This document shows, one piece after another, positions 8,801 through 17,649 of a stretch of DNA of 64,000 nucleotides; the first letter of the stretch is position 1, and every line of letters starts with the position of its first letter. The notes beneath the pieces are model-generated. The model did not search any database, was not told the origin of the DNA, and saw nothing but the letters and a program-made list of their open reading frames with translations. The stretch lies in the IMG/VR virus record IMGVR_UViG_3300034072_000514, positions 1 through 64,000 of that record. The stretch is one strand, 5' to 3'. This DNA is from a virus. Both the position numbers and the translations under genes were made by a program.

Positions 8801-9415
8801 CAACAAGTGAATGATGATACCAAAGGTATGTCTGAATACTTGCGGGATAAGGAACCAATGTGGGGTACTATGCTTGGCAAGCTAGTCTATAAAACCTGTT
8901 ACGAAAAGCTACCTGGACCTGCGCGGATGCTTGCACTGTTTAAGCACCTTGCGGACATCTCTAATGCTCGCGGTGAGTATCTGAGCTGGACAGTACCTAT
9001 CACCAATGCTCCGGTTGTGCAAGCGTATCGGATGCCTGTAGCTAAGCGAACTAAGCTTACTTATGGGGAAGAAGAGTTGAAAGTGCAGATCGAAGCCTGG
9101 GATGAAGCAAGGCTGAATGAGTCTGCGTCTAGCACTGGTGCAGCTCCAAATATCGTCCATAGCTTTGACGCGGCTCATCTTGCTATGGTGCTTGACTCAG
9201 CAGATTTCCCTATGTCTGTTATTCATGACTCATTTGGTTGTCATGCGGGTAATATGGATAAGCTTTTTGTGTTAGCTCGAAAGGAGTTCGTAGAATTTTA
9301 TGAAGTAGACCCACTCGCTCTGTTACTTGAGGAACTGATGGTTCCAGAGCTAATGCCTGAACGAGGTAACTTAGACATTTCTAAAATTATGGAAAGCGAC
9401 TATGCATTTCTCTGA
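8801..9415 (+). CDS. T7-like single-subunit RNA polymerase, exon 2
   Basis: Contains SVIHDSFGCH (motif C) and ends in ...DYAFL. Confidence 0.9.
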   Translation, partial: QQVNDDTKGMSEYLRDKEPMWGTMLGKLVYKTCYEKLPGPARMLALFKHLADISNARGEYLSWTVPITNAPVVQAYRMPVAKRTKLTYGEEELKVQIEAWDEARLNESASSTGAAPNIVHSFDAAHLAMVLDSADFPMSVIHDSFGCHAGNMDKLFVLARKEFVEFYEVDPLALLLEELMVPELMPERGNLDISKIMESDYAFL

Positions 9416-9635
9416 AGACGCTGCCGAGCGTAGACTTTCTTTATCTAAGTGTGTTAACAGAATTCGTGAAATTGTTAATGGTCAAGCTGATGAGCTAGTA
9501 AAGGCAATTTTACCGGAGGTATACAAAGGTATCTCTAGAATGATGGATGAAGGTGAGCTATCTACTGTAGTGCGCGTAGATTGGGAAAGTAATCACTTAA
9601 ACGCAACTGCACATAATAACTCAGGCGCTGCTTAA
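9402..9635 (+). CDS. Hypothetical protein
   Basis: 77-aa ORF overlapping the end of the RNAP gene. Confidence 0.5.
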   Translation: MHFSEDAAERRLSLSKCVNRIREIVNGQADELVKAILPEVYKGISRMMDEGELSTVVRVDWESNHLNATAHNNSGAA

Positions 9636-9706
9636 AGTAAACTATCACCTATTAGGACATTTTTTAGTTAAAGATCTACACACTTACAGCAACGTAATTT
9701 CACTAC

Positions 9707-10078
9707 ATGTTTTTACACGAGATGACTACAAATAATTCTATGGATAAACAGTGGTTGGCAGAGATTGCAGGAGAGATTAAGCGCAGCAAGAAGGTGTACC
9801 ATAGCTGCGCAGTAGCTGCGATACTAAAAGAAGCCAAAGCTGCATTAACCACTATGCAGAGCACTCTTGTGAAGGAGGTCAATTTCTCAGTAACTTTGCC
9901 CGATAAACCAAGTAAAGACTTAGAGGTTAGCTATAGAGAAATCTTGTCGGCTGCGAATGAAGCGGTATCACCTAACTTTAGAATTGTGTGCTTGCAAGAT
10001 ATCAGGGGTAAGACACTAGAGGCTCCAGGTCACTCCGTATCTATAGGCTGTAAGGTTTATCTTGTTGATAGTTTGTGA
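9707..10078 (+). CDS. Hypothetical protein
   Basis: 123-aa ORF. The start codon is uncertain. Confidence 0.55.
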   Translation: MFLHEMTTNNSMDKQWLAEIAGEIKRSKKVYHSCAVAAILKEAKAALTTMQSTLVKEVNFSVTLPDKPSKDLEVSYREILSAANEAVSPNFRIVCLQDIRGKTLEAPGHSVSIGCKVYLVDSL

Positions 10079-10089
10079 TAGAGGTGTAA

Positions 10090-10425
10090 ATGCCATTTGA
10101 GTATTACACAGCTTTGGAAGTCGCGGAGAAGCACAACAGATTCAAGGCGCAGCAACAAAAGATTGCGCTAAGGAAATTGCTTAGTACTATTCATACGGAT
10201 AATGCAGTCTTAGTACTTACATATGTGCTTGACGCTATTGAGCGGTTAGTAGCCTGTGAGGCCTTCTCCGCGGAAGAGAACTATGAGTATGTGCTTATCT
10301 ACGAATGGGCGGACATCTCAGCAGAAGAGCTGGATACGGCTATAAAGTCCCTTAATACTCTAGGCTACTCCACTAGCATAGAATCACACTCATCGATAGT
10401 AAGATTAAAAGTATCTTGGAGCTAA
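10090..10425 (+). CDS. Hypothetical protein
   Basis: 111-aa ORF with a gaggtg RBS. Confidence 0.6.
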   Translation: MPFEYYTALEVAEKHNRFKAQQQKIALRKLLSTIHTDNAVLVLTYVLDAIERLVACEAFSAEENYEYVLIYEWADISAEELDTAIKSLNTLGYSTSIESHSSIVRLKVSWS

Positions 10426-10427
10426 TA

Positions 10428-10709
10428 ATGCATCTTAGCGAACTCAAAGAGCTAAATGAGAGCTTGTTTAAGAATATACCTTCAGCAAAAACTGCAAGAT
10501 TTAAAGAGTTTGAAGAGCGTGTATACGTAAAGATACGTGAAATGTCTTTCCGTGGGGCTCAGGTGGGATTCGTTAAATCACATGATATCGATTGTGGTAC
10601 TGCAATTGAATTCAGAGATCTTGTGAATAGCATCCATATGAGCCTACTGCCATACTTTAAACTAACCCAAGTTAGGTCGGATGTCCGCATTGACGCTATA
10701 CAAATCTGA
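10428..10709 (+). CDS. Hypothetical protein
   Basis: ATG at 10428 lies just after the upstream stop codon. Confidence 0.55.
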   Translation: MHLSELKELNESLFKNIPSAKTARFKEFEERVYVKIREMSFRGAQVGFVKSHDIDCGTAIEFRDLVNSIHMSLLPYFKLTQVRSDVRIDAIQI

Positions 10710-10881
10710 GAAAGATCGCTATGAAGACCTGCTTAAGAATTTTGACTGGCAATTCGAATTTAGCAGTGAGCACTCAGTATGGCGGGAATACAAAGACAAG
10801 CTGGCAGAGCTTAAGAGGCTACAGCCGAAAGTAGATCCAGACCGCACTATCTGGAATAAATATTACCAATCGATGTTTTAA
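10681..10881 (+). CDS. Hypothetical protein
   Basis: 66-aa ORF overlapping the end of the previous gene. Confidence 0.5.
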   Translation: MSALTLYKSEKDRYEDLLKNFDWQFEFSSEHSVWREYKDKLAELKRLQPKVDPDRTIWNKYYQSMF

Positions 10882-10883
10882 TA

Positions 10884-11267
10884 ATGCAAATTTCTGAAAT
10901 TATCCCTAATGTGGCTGAACTGCAAGACGCCTTAACACGCAGCTTCAAGGAAGGGCGCGAAAAGATCATTAAATCCGCTGAGGAGAGTCTCGCTAACCAA
11001 ATCATGTTTAGGTTGTTCGCTGCGGCACAACAATGTAAGCGCTCAGTAGATATCGACTGGCAATCAATGCTAGAAGATTACCCGACAGTATTCCAGAGAA
11101 AAGCTATTAGATCGGTGCACGAGGTACTGCTGCAAAAGGGATATCTTGTATATGCTGAAGGTATGAAAGGTGTTGCTTGGAGGCTGAGATCTAGTAAGCA
11201 TGCAAGCAGTATGACCATTATTGTGCCTGGTCAAGTAGAAATTGAAGAGCCGGAAAATAAAGAGTAA
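10884..11267 (+). CDS. Hypothetical protein, last gene of the early block
   Basis: 127-aa ORF. Confidence 0.6.
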   Translation: MQISEIIPNVAELQDALTRSFKEGREKIIKSAEESLANQIMFRLFAAAQQCKRSVDIDWQSMLEDYPTVFQRKAIRSVHEVLLQKGYLVYAEGMKGVAWRLRSSKHASSMTIIVPGQVEIEEPENKE

Positions 11268-11350
11268 ACATGACAAAGACCTTGATAGCCTTTAATTTAG
11301 GCGTAATGTGGGTGCTTTAATAGCGAGCCTAACAGTAAAATACCTACTTT

Positions 11351-11520
11351 AGCGAGTCTGCTCGGTGGCGGCGACCTCAGGGGTGACCCGCCTGGTACCC
11401 AGGTTGGTCCAGCTAGGTACCCCGGCGCGGGTGGGATGGGGGTACCCATGGGCCGGGTCAACGGCTCGCCCTAGGCCCAACCACCAGGGGACGCTAAAGC
11501 CCCAGTGGCCTCCCCCGGTT
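11351..11520 (-). repeat. GC-rich element, copy E2, inverted relative to E1 and E3
   Basis: Hand count gives about 70% G+C over 11381..11440. 11433..11451 is the exact reverse complement of 42358..42376 (19/19). 11391..11417 is the reverse complement of 42392..42418 (25/27). It contains three GGTACC palindromes. Confidence 0.65.
11481..11510 (+). promoter_or_regulatory. GACGCTAAAGC motif, copy A (candidate phage-RNAP promoter ahead of the replication block)
   Basis: caccaggggacgctaaagc is identical over 19 nt to the copy near 20207..20225. The 11-nt core recurs at 42612..42622. All copies are followed by agtggc or aggtggc. Confidence 0.4.
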
Positions 11521-11742
11521 AATAATAGTATTATTATATTATTGTTAACCATATCTCTTAGTGGTACATACAGTTCCCTGTAGTATCCCTCTCTTGTTAG
11601 CTGTTAGTTTACTTACTAATAACTTACTATGTAGAGCTTACCTGCTGTTAGCTTGCAGTAGGTATTATTCTCATCTAACCTCCCTAATTGCTGTTTTAGA
11701 AGGATAATTTATGTTTAAGTTCTAATAAGGTTTATAAAGCAT

Positions 11743-12303
11743 ATGGCAATTCTCAAGAACATTGAAGGTCGTTGGTTCAAGCTGTCTCCTAATCGTCCAG
11801 CTCCTGCATTTGGTGATTCAGGCCCTAAATGGGAGTTTCAAGCAATTGCTCGTACTAAAGAGCAAATGCAAGAATGGAAAGACCTCGGCATCAATGTCAA
11901 GCCAGTTGAGGAAGATGGTAAAATTGTCTATAAGGCCCGCTTTCAGCGCCCAACTCACAAGCGCCCAAAAGACGGCAAACCTGCTGAGCCTAATGAGCCA
12001 GTGGAAGTTGTGAGTGGCCAGTTGACTCCACTTGATCCTCAGCTCATTGGTAACGGCAGTATTGTTAATATCGTGATCTTTCAATATGATTACGAAGTTA
12101 AGAGCAAGGATGGCAGGTCGAGCAAGAAGGGTAAGGGTACCATGCTCAAGAAGGTTCAAGTAAAGAAGCTTGTTCGTTATGAAGGAACGCCAGAGGAAGA
12201 CTTTGAAGAAGAAGACTTTGAAGAAGTTGAAGTCGCTGAAAAGGCAGAGAGCACTGCTACTAGCGGCAGCGGTGACGCTTCTTCTGAGGATGCAGACTTC
12301 TGA
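11743..12303 (+). CDS. T7 gp2.5-like single-stranded DNA-binding protein
   Basis: LIGNGSIVNIVIFQYDY resembles the gp2.5 OB-fold strand. The long acidic tail has a 15-nt tandem duplication (EEDFEEEDFEE) and the protein ends in ...EDADF. Confidence 0.65.
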   Translation: MAILKNIEGRWFKLSPNRPAPAFGDSGPKWEFQAIARTKEQMQEWKDLGINVKPVEEDGKIVYKARFQRPTHKRPKDGKPAEPNEPVEVVSGQLTPLDPQLIGNGSIVNIVIFQYDYEVKSKDGRSSKKGKGTMLKKVQVKKLVRYEGTPEEDFEEEDFEEVEVAEKAESTATSGSGDASSEDADF

Positions 12304-12372
12304 AAGAAGTTAGTGTCATTTAATAGGGAGGATCAGAAATGGTCTTCCCTTATTTTTCTAATAAACTACGAA

Positions 12373-12717
12373 ATGACAAAACTCTCTATTACAGTTCCGG
12401 CTAATGTTACTCTTAATGAGGAAGCCCTTAAATTAGCTATGCTGCGCGCAAACAGTGCTAGGAAGCGTATCGTGCTGTTTGACTCTAACCAGCCGTTCGG
12501 TAGCTTTGGTATCTGCGCTTATGTTGTGCCTATCAATCACACCGACTCCCTTAGGGTCACAAATAACAAGGGAGCAATTACCAGTAAGGTCTTGGTTGTC
12601 TGTGCAAAATTGATAGATAACACGCCGCGCTTGTTTTATGGTAACGTTAATATCGATACAAATACATTGTATTTCGAAACTAAAAACTCTATTTATGTCC
12701 CAGCAACAAGAAAGTAA
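12373..12717 (+). CDS. Hypothetical protein
   Basis: In-frame ATG within ORF 12313..12717. The start codon is uncertain. Confidence 0.5.
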   Translation: MTKLSITVPANVTLNEEALKLAMLRANSARKRIVLFDSNQPFGSFGICAYVVPINHTDSLRVTNNKGAITSKVLVVCAKLIDNTPRLFYGNVNIDTNTLYFETKNSIYVPATRK

Positions 12718-12778
12718 ACTTTCGGTTATACGTGCAGCTGCTTAAGGTTCTTAATAATCTAATTTAATTAAACGCATC

Positions 12779-13324
12779 ATGAAACTAATTATTGCAGGCG
12801 GAAGAGACTTTAATAACGCCAACATCACCAAGCTTGGTGTTAAAATGATGTCAAAGCTTATGACTGAGCGGAATAAGCTAAGCACACCCTGGCTACCTAG
12901 TTGCATCGTATCTGGAGGCGCTAAAGGTGCTGACTACCAAGGGCAAGTATGGTCTGCAAACAATAATGTTCCGGTTCAAATTTACCCTGCAGATTGGAAG
13001 GCTCATGGAGCTGGTGCAGGAATGATTCGCAACAAAGAGATGAGTAAGCATGCTGATGCACTGCTTGCCTTCTGGGATGGTAAATCGACTGGAACATTCC
13101 ATATGATCAACACTATGGTTGCTAATAATTCACCAGTTATGGTTATCAGTTACGTGTGGCATGCTGCAAAATACTCCAAAGAGCGCGGATATGAAGCGCC
13201 TTTCTGCACGTTAGGCAAAGAGCATACTGCAAAGAATATAAAGGAAGGAGCTAAGAATTTCCTATTCAGAATCAATAACGGAGAGCTCGTCGCTCCCCAC
13301 GAACAGGAGGATTCTGCAGTCTGA
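12779..13324 (+). CDS. SLOG/DUF2493-family protein (Rossmann-like, DprA/LOG-related)
   Basis: MKLIIAGGRDF...SGGAKGADYQG...MIRNKEM...ADALLAFWDGKSTGTFHMI. Confidence 0.6.
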   Translation: MKLIIAGGRDFNNANITKLGVKMMSKLMTERNKLSTPWLPSCIVSGGAKGADYQGQVWSANNNVPVQIYPADWKAHGAGAGMIRNKEMSKHADALLAFWDGKSTGTFHMINTMVANNSPVMVISYVWHAAKYSKERGYEAPFCTLGKEHTAKNIKEGAKNFLFRINNGELVAPHEQEDSAV

Positions 13325-13443
13325 GCTGCATCCTAACGGCCCGAGCAAAGAATACATTAAGCGTCATCTAGAGTCCATAGGTTCTAATTTCAGCCAAGTT
13401 ACTGGTAAAACCGGTAACACGTATGATATATGGAAAGTAGGTG

Positions 13444-13917
13444 ATGCTTACTTCTCATCTCTGGTCCCTAAAAGAGGTTAATGTGGAAACTGCAGTATTA
13501 ATAACGCTAGATTACAAGCAGGTAGTCAATACTAAGGATAGGGTACTCTATTACGGGAGCCCTCCTCCGATATTCACAGATAGCGAAGATTGTTTACATA
13601 CTACACCAGAAATTAAAGCTGAGCTAAAAGAAGCTGAAATCTTTAAGGTATCCCTAAATAATGAAGATGCACTAGATTTTGCTAAGCAAGAGCTAGGCGT
13701 GTCTAAGACTTATTTTGTTGCGTTACCTGAGGATGTTTATACCCTGCTAGCTCCTATTTTCTCAAGCAAACTTGGAGAGTCGGCTATAGATGCTGCTTTC
13801 TACAAGCATGAGCTTCATAGGAGTGAAGCTGTGGTTAGAGATCTCAAAGAAAGAGATTACAAGCGTAGGCTTATACCGTGGTATATGAGAGTGTACCGCG
13901 CACTGCTAAATAAGTAA
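13444..13917 (+). CDS. Hypothetical protein
   Basis: ORF 13441..13917. An alternative start is GTG 13483, preceded by aagagg. Confidence 0.5.
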   Translation: MLTSHLWSLKEVNVETAVLITLDYKQVVNTKDRVLYYGSPPPIFTDSEDCLHTTPEIKAELKEAEIFKVSLNNEDALDFAKQELGVSKTYFVALPEDVYTLLAPIFSSKLGESAIDAAFYKHELHRSEAVVRDLKERDYKRRLIPWYMRVYRALLNK

Positions 13918-13942
13918 CTGTTAATTTACCGATTGAAATACC

Positions 13943-14173
13943 ATGAACAAGACTGTCAAAAGTACCGTTAAGAACACCAACTCTGTAGCTGATCTGGTCG
14001 CAGATCTCAACTCTATTCGTGAGTCTCTGCAAGAAACTTACGATAAAAATCGTGAGATGATTAATAAGCAAGAAGACATTATTGCTCGGGCAAAAGCAAT
14101 CATTGAACAGCACACCGCTGAAATGGAAAAAGCTAAGTTTCTCGCTAAAAACATTAACATGACCCTGAAGTAA
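13943..14173 (+). CDS. Small coiled-coil protein
   Basis: 76-aa ORF rich in charged heptad-like sequence. Confidence 0.55.
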   Translation: MNKTVKSTVKNTNSVADLVADLNSIRESLQETYDKNREMINKQEDIIARAKAIIEQHTAEMEKAKFLAKNINMTLK

Positions 14174-14175
14174 TC

Positions 14176-14883
14176 ATGCCTGTAAATATCTCTAGACTTA
14201 GCCAACCTAACCTGGCCAGCTCGGATTATCCAGCCGCCTTTCCTAGTAACTACACAAACAAGCGAATTAAAGATGAGCCTATGCTGTTCAGCGCATCATG
14301 GGACTTTGCTAGAAAGGTAGGAGGGCCTATCACTCATGGATTTCTTAACGCGATTGAAACTACCCCTAGCTTTAAGGCTAACCTAACTCTACACGGAAAC
14401 CCTATCATTGATAGCCGTGTACATATGCTGATGCCGGGGTGGTACCCTTGTATACCTGGCTGGCACCATGACGATGTAGACAGAGGGGGCCTTAGTAATC
14501 AGCCTATGTATCAATCTATTAATGGTGTTCTTGAGGCACCAGAGCGAGAACACTATTTAGGCTTGGTTAACGCGGAGGTTGCGCCAACTGAATTTATCGT
14601 TGGACGTCTTAACTTGTCAGACCCGTCTAATAGCTCTTCTGTCTACTCAGACTGGCATGAGCAAGTTGAGCAACAGCTGAAGCTTAACCCTTCAATGTTG
14701 CGTAGGGCAGAAAGCGGTCGTATCTACAACTTTGATGAGATGTCTATGCATCGTGGAACCCCTGCTGTAAAGGAGGGCTGGCGGTGGTTCATCCGTATTA
14801 CTTTCAATAGTAATCGTAAGTTCTTCGATGAAACCCGTAATCAAGTTCAAGTGTATCTTCCGGTTGTTAATCAAGGTTGGTAA
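14176..14883 (+). CDS. Putative Fe(II)/2-oxoglutarate-dependent dioxygenase-like protein
   Basis: PGWHHDDVDR (HxD), a distal MHRGTPA (His) and RWFIRITF (Arg). This spacing is typical of the 2OG-oxygenase facial triad. Confidence 0.45.
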   Translation: MPVNISRLSQPNLASSDYPAAFPSNYTNKRIKDEPMLFSASWDFARKVGGPITHGFLNAIETTPSFKANLTLHGNPIIDSRVHMLMPGWYPCIPGWHHDDVDRGGLSNQPMYQSINGVLEAPEREHYLGLVNAEVAPTEFIVGRLNLSDPSNSSSVYSDWHEQVEQQLKLNPSMLRRAESGRIYNFDEMSMHRGTPAVKEGWRWFIRITFNSNRKFFDETRNQVQVYLPVVNQGW

Positions 14884-15248
14884 TGAAAACTATTGCTAAA
14901 TTAAGCGAAGCAGACTCAGCGGGTATTCCCAGTAGTGTAATTGAAAAATTCCTTGATTTCGTTAGTAGCTATTGGAGTGATTTTAGTGCTGAGCTTAGCC
15001 TTATCGAGCAGCTAGGCGGTACCCTCAACCTATGCGAAAGCTTTGAGGACCTCTCCAGCATCACTGCCAATGGTGTACCTGTGCTTAATTTGGAGCACGG
15101 TGTGGATGTACTGTGCATGCTTCCTGATGAAGAGCACTACGTTTTAATATTCATGTCCAACAACGCTGGTGGTAATATTTATTTGATTCCGCGCTCTATC
15201 GTACAAGACTCTGGCGAATTCCGCCGTCTCTACGATTTGTCTAACTAA
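14883..15248 (+). CDS. Hypothetical acidic protein
   Basis: ATG at 14883 overlaps the upstream stop (TAATG). Confidence 0.6.
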   Translation: MKTIAKLSEADSAGIPSSVIEKFLDFVSSYWSDFSAELSLIEQLGGTLNLCESFEDLSSITANGVPVLNLEHGVDVLCMLPDEEHYVLIFMSNNAGGNIYLIPRSIVQDSGEFRRLYDLSN

Positions 15249-15266
15249 TTTGTTTGTGAGTAAATA

Positions 15267-15782
15267 ATGAAAAACACAGTTTATATTGCAGGCCCTATGG
15301 AAGGCCTTTCTCAAAGTGAAATGACAGGCTGGCGAAAAGAATTTACAGAGCTTGCTAATGATCTTCATGTTGTGGACGTTAAAGACCCTACTCGCCGAAT
15401 CCCATTTCGATCAGATGACACGATTAACCAAGCTCGTATGGTGTTTCGTGCAGATCTAATGGATATTAACAACTCAGCAGTAGTCTTTCTTGATTTGCGG
15501 AAGGGTAAAGGCTACGCTTGGGGCACTGCTATGGAAGCTATGTATGCTTGGCAAGCTAATAAACCTTTGATTATCTGGACAAACCAAGAAGACCCCCGCC
15601 ATCCTTTTATTGAATCCATGGCTACAGCAGTAGTGCACAGTCTTCAAGATGGAGTTGAAAAAGTAATTGCGTTGATTGAGCCTCCTAAGCGAGAGGTACC
15701 TGACAGCGGATCTGCTGCCGAAGCTGTAGCAGCAATTTCTCCGAGCTTCTGGCCAAGTCTTTACCATACAAAGGTGCAGTGA
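15267..15782 (+). CDS. Nucleoside 2-deoxyribosyltransferase-like protein
   Basis: VYIAGPMEG...SAVVFLDL...GTAMEAMYAWQANKPLIIW pattern of the NDT/Rcl fold. Confidence 0.6.
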   Translation: MKNTVYIAGPMEGLSQSEMTGWRKEFTELANDLHVVDVKDPTRRIPFRSDDTINQARMVFRADLMDINNSAVVFLDLRKGKGYAWGTAMEAMYAWQANKPLIIWTNQEDPRHPFIESMATAVVHSLQDGVEKVIALIEPPKREVPDSGSAAEAVAAISPSFWPSLYHTKVQ

Positions 15783-16063
15783 TGCCATACATTCCACAAG
15801 AAAATCGAACAGCTATTTGTGAGCATCTAAAGAAAGCCTCACGTAGCATTTCTAACCCAGGTGAGCTTAACTACGCTATTACGAAGTTGGCTGACAACTA
15901 TCTAGCTGACGCACCTAAATCTTACAACACTCTTAACGAAGTTATTGGTGCGATGGAGGCGGCTAAGCTCGAGCTTTACCGCAGAATTGCTGTACCATAC
16001 GAAAATGCGAAAATTGCTATTAATGGGGATGCGTATGAGACCGTTGACAAGTACCGCTCTTGA
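15779..16063 (+). CDS. Hypothetical protein
   Basis: 94-aa ORF with a 4-nt overlap with the upstream gene. Confidence 0.55.
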   Translation: MMPYIPQENRTAICEHLKKASRSISNPGELNYAITKLADNYLADAPKSYNTLNEVIGAMEAAKLELYRRIAVPYENAKIAINGDAYETVDKYRS

Positions 16064-16292
16064 ATATGAGTTTGTTATGTACGAGGGTGGCTCTACGGTA
16101 CCTGAACGGTTCTACCAAGTAGAGAAGTTGATTATTGCTTTTAAGGCCGTTTCTAAGAAGGCATCTGAGAGTAATACAGAGCCTCCTAAAGTGGTAATTC
16201 ATCAACCAATCACTATTCGTAACCCCGCGACTCTATATAACTTGATGCTAGAAATGGGATTCAATAGTACTCAACTAAAGGGTCTAGCTTAG
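16035..16292 (+). CDS. Hypothetical protein
   Basis: In-frame ATG within ORF 15945..16292. Confidence 0.45.
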   Translation: MRPLTSTALEYEFVMYEGGSTVPERFYQVEKLIIAFKAVSKKASESNTEPPKVVIHQPITIRNPATLYNLMLEMGFNSTQLKGLA

Positions 16293-17649
16293 ATGACTAG
16301 ATTAGTGTTCGACATTGAGGCGAATGGGCTTCTTAAGGATGTCTCAAAAATATGGATGCTTTGTGCGGAAGATCTGGACACAGGAGTTAAATACGATTTT
16401 TGTGACTATGACTCTTCCTGCTATCCTCTTAAGGAGTACAAAGATCTGTTAGCGGAAGCTGATGAGTGTATCGGTCACTTTGTGCTAGGCTACGACTTTC
16501 CTGCACTCGCTAAAGTAGACGGCTTCGTTCTACCTAAAGGGGTTAAGGTTAAGGATACGTTGCTGATGTCGCAGGTGTTAGACTATATGCGATTCGGCTA
16601 CGATGGTCATAGCTTAGATCGGTGGGGTGAATATCTTGGAATCCCTAAACCTGAGCATAAAGTCTGGACTGAGTACTCTCCTGAAATGTTGCACCGCTGT
16701 CGGGAAGATAGGAGGATTAACGTTGAAACCTACAAACTTTTAGTTAATGAGTTCAAGAAGCTACACAGCAAAAAGCCGGTAATTGCCCAGTCACTGCGTA
16801 ATGAGCATAAATGTTTACAGTTTGTAACCCAAGCTGAAATCCTTGGTTGGCCTTTTGATGTACCGGCTGCTGAGAAGCTATTGTTGGAGATCGAGGAGGA
16901 AGAAAGAAAGGTAGCACAAAAAGTTGAACCACTTTTACCTCCATTAATTCGTCTTGCAGACAAGGAAATTAAGGAGCCTAAATGGACAGCTTCCGGTAAG
17001 TACCATAGTCATATTGCTAAGTATTTCGAGATCGACCCTGAAGACGGTCTTCGTGACTTTCCTACAGTAGTAGGCCCGTACATGAAGATTGATCTTATCA
17101 AACCTGATATGGGCTCGATCGAAGCAGTTAAGCAGCTGTTATACTCTATTAATTGGGAACCAGATGATTGGACTTGGAAAAAGGAAGGACGGTCTCTTAC
17201 TAAGAAAGCCCCTAAGCTCTCCACAAGTTCTCTTTTGCCGCTTGGAGAAATAGGAGAGGCAATCGACAAGTTCTATACGCTTAGAAGTAGGGCTTCAATG
17301 GTCCGCGGACTTCTTGAAGAAGTTGATGATAATGGAAGAGTTCACGGTAGCTGCTTTCTTATTGGAACACCCACAGGACGCTCCACCCACAAAGGAATTG
17401 TTAACATACCAGGTGGTGAAGCTCTATATGGCGAAGCAATTCGGAAACTATTCATAGCTAGACCTGGTCACAAAGTTATTGGTGCGGACTCGTCTGGTAA
17501 TCAGATGCGTGCTTTTTGCCATTATCTGCGTAACGATGAGTACACGAATGAGGTGATCAACGGGGATGTCCATACTAAAAATATGGAGGTTCTGCAAGAG
17601 ATTGTCCCGTCTACCACACGGAAAAAGGCTAAGCCATTTTTGTATGCGT
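16293..17649 (+). CDS. Family A DNA polymerase, exon 1
   Basis: VFDIEANGL (Exo I), GADSSGNQMR (motif A) and RKKAKPFLYA (first half of motif B). Confidence 0.9.

Noticed and set aside
11349-11583. ORFs on both strands across the GC-rich elements (also 42250..42507 on the minus strand, 42329..42514 on the plus strand and 70..258 on the minus strand).
   Set aside because: Open frames are expected by chance in 70% G+C sequence. They have Pro/Gly/Arg-rich translation, no RBS, and both strands are open at once.
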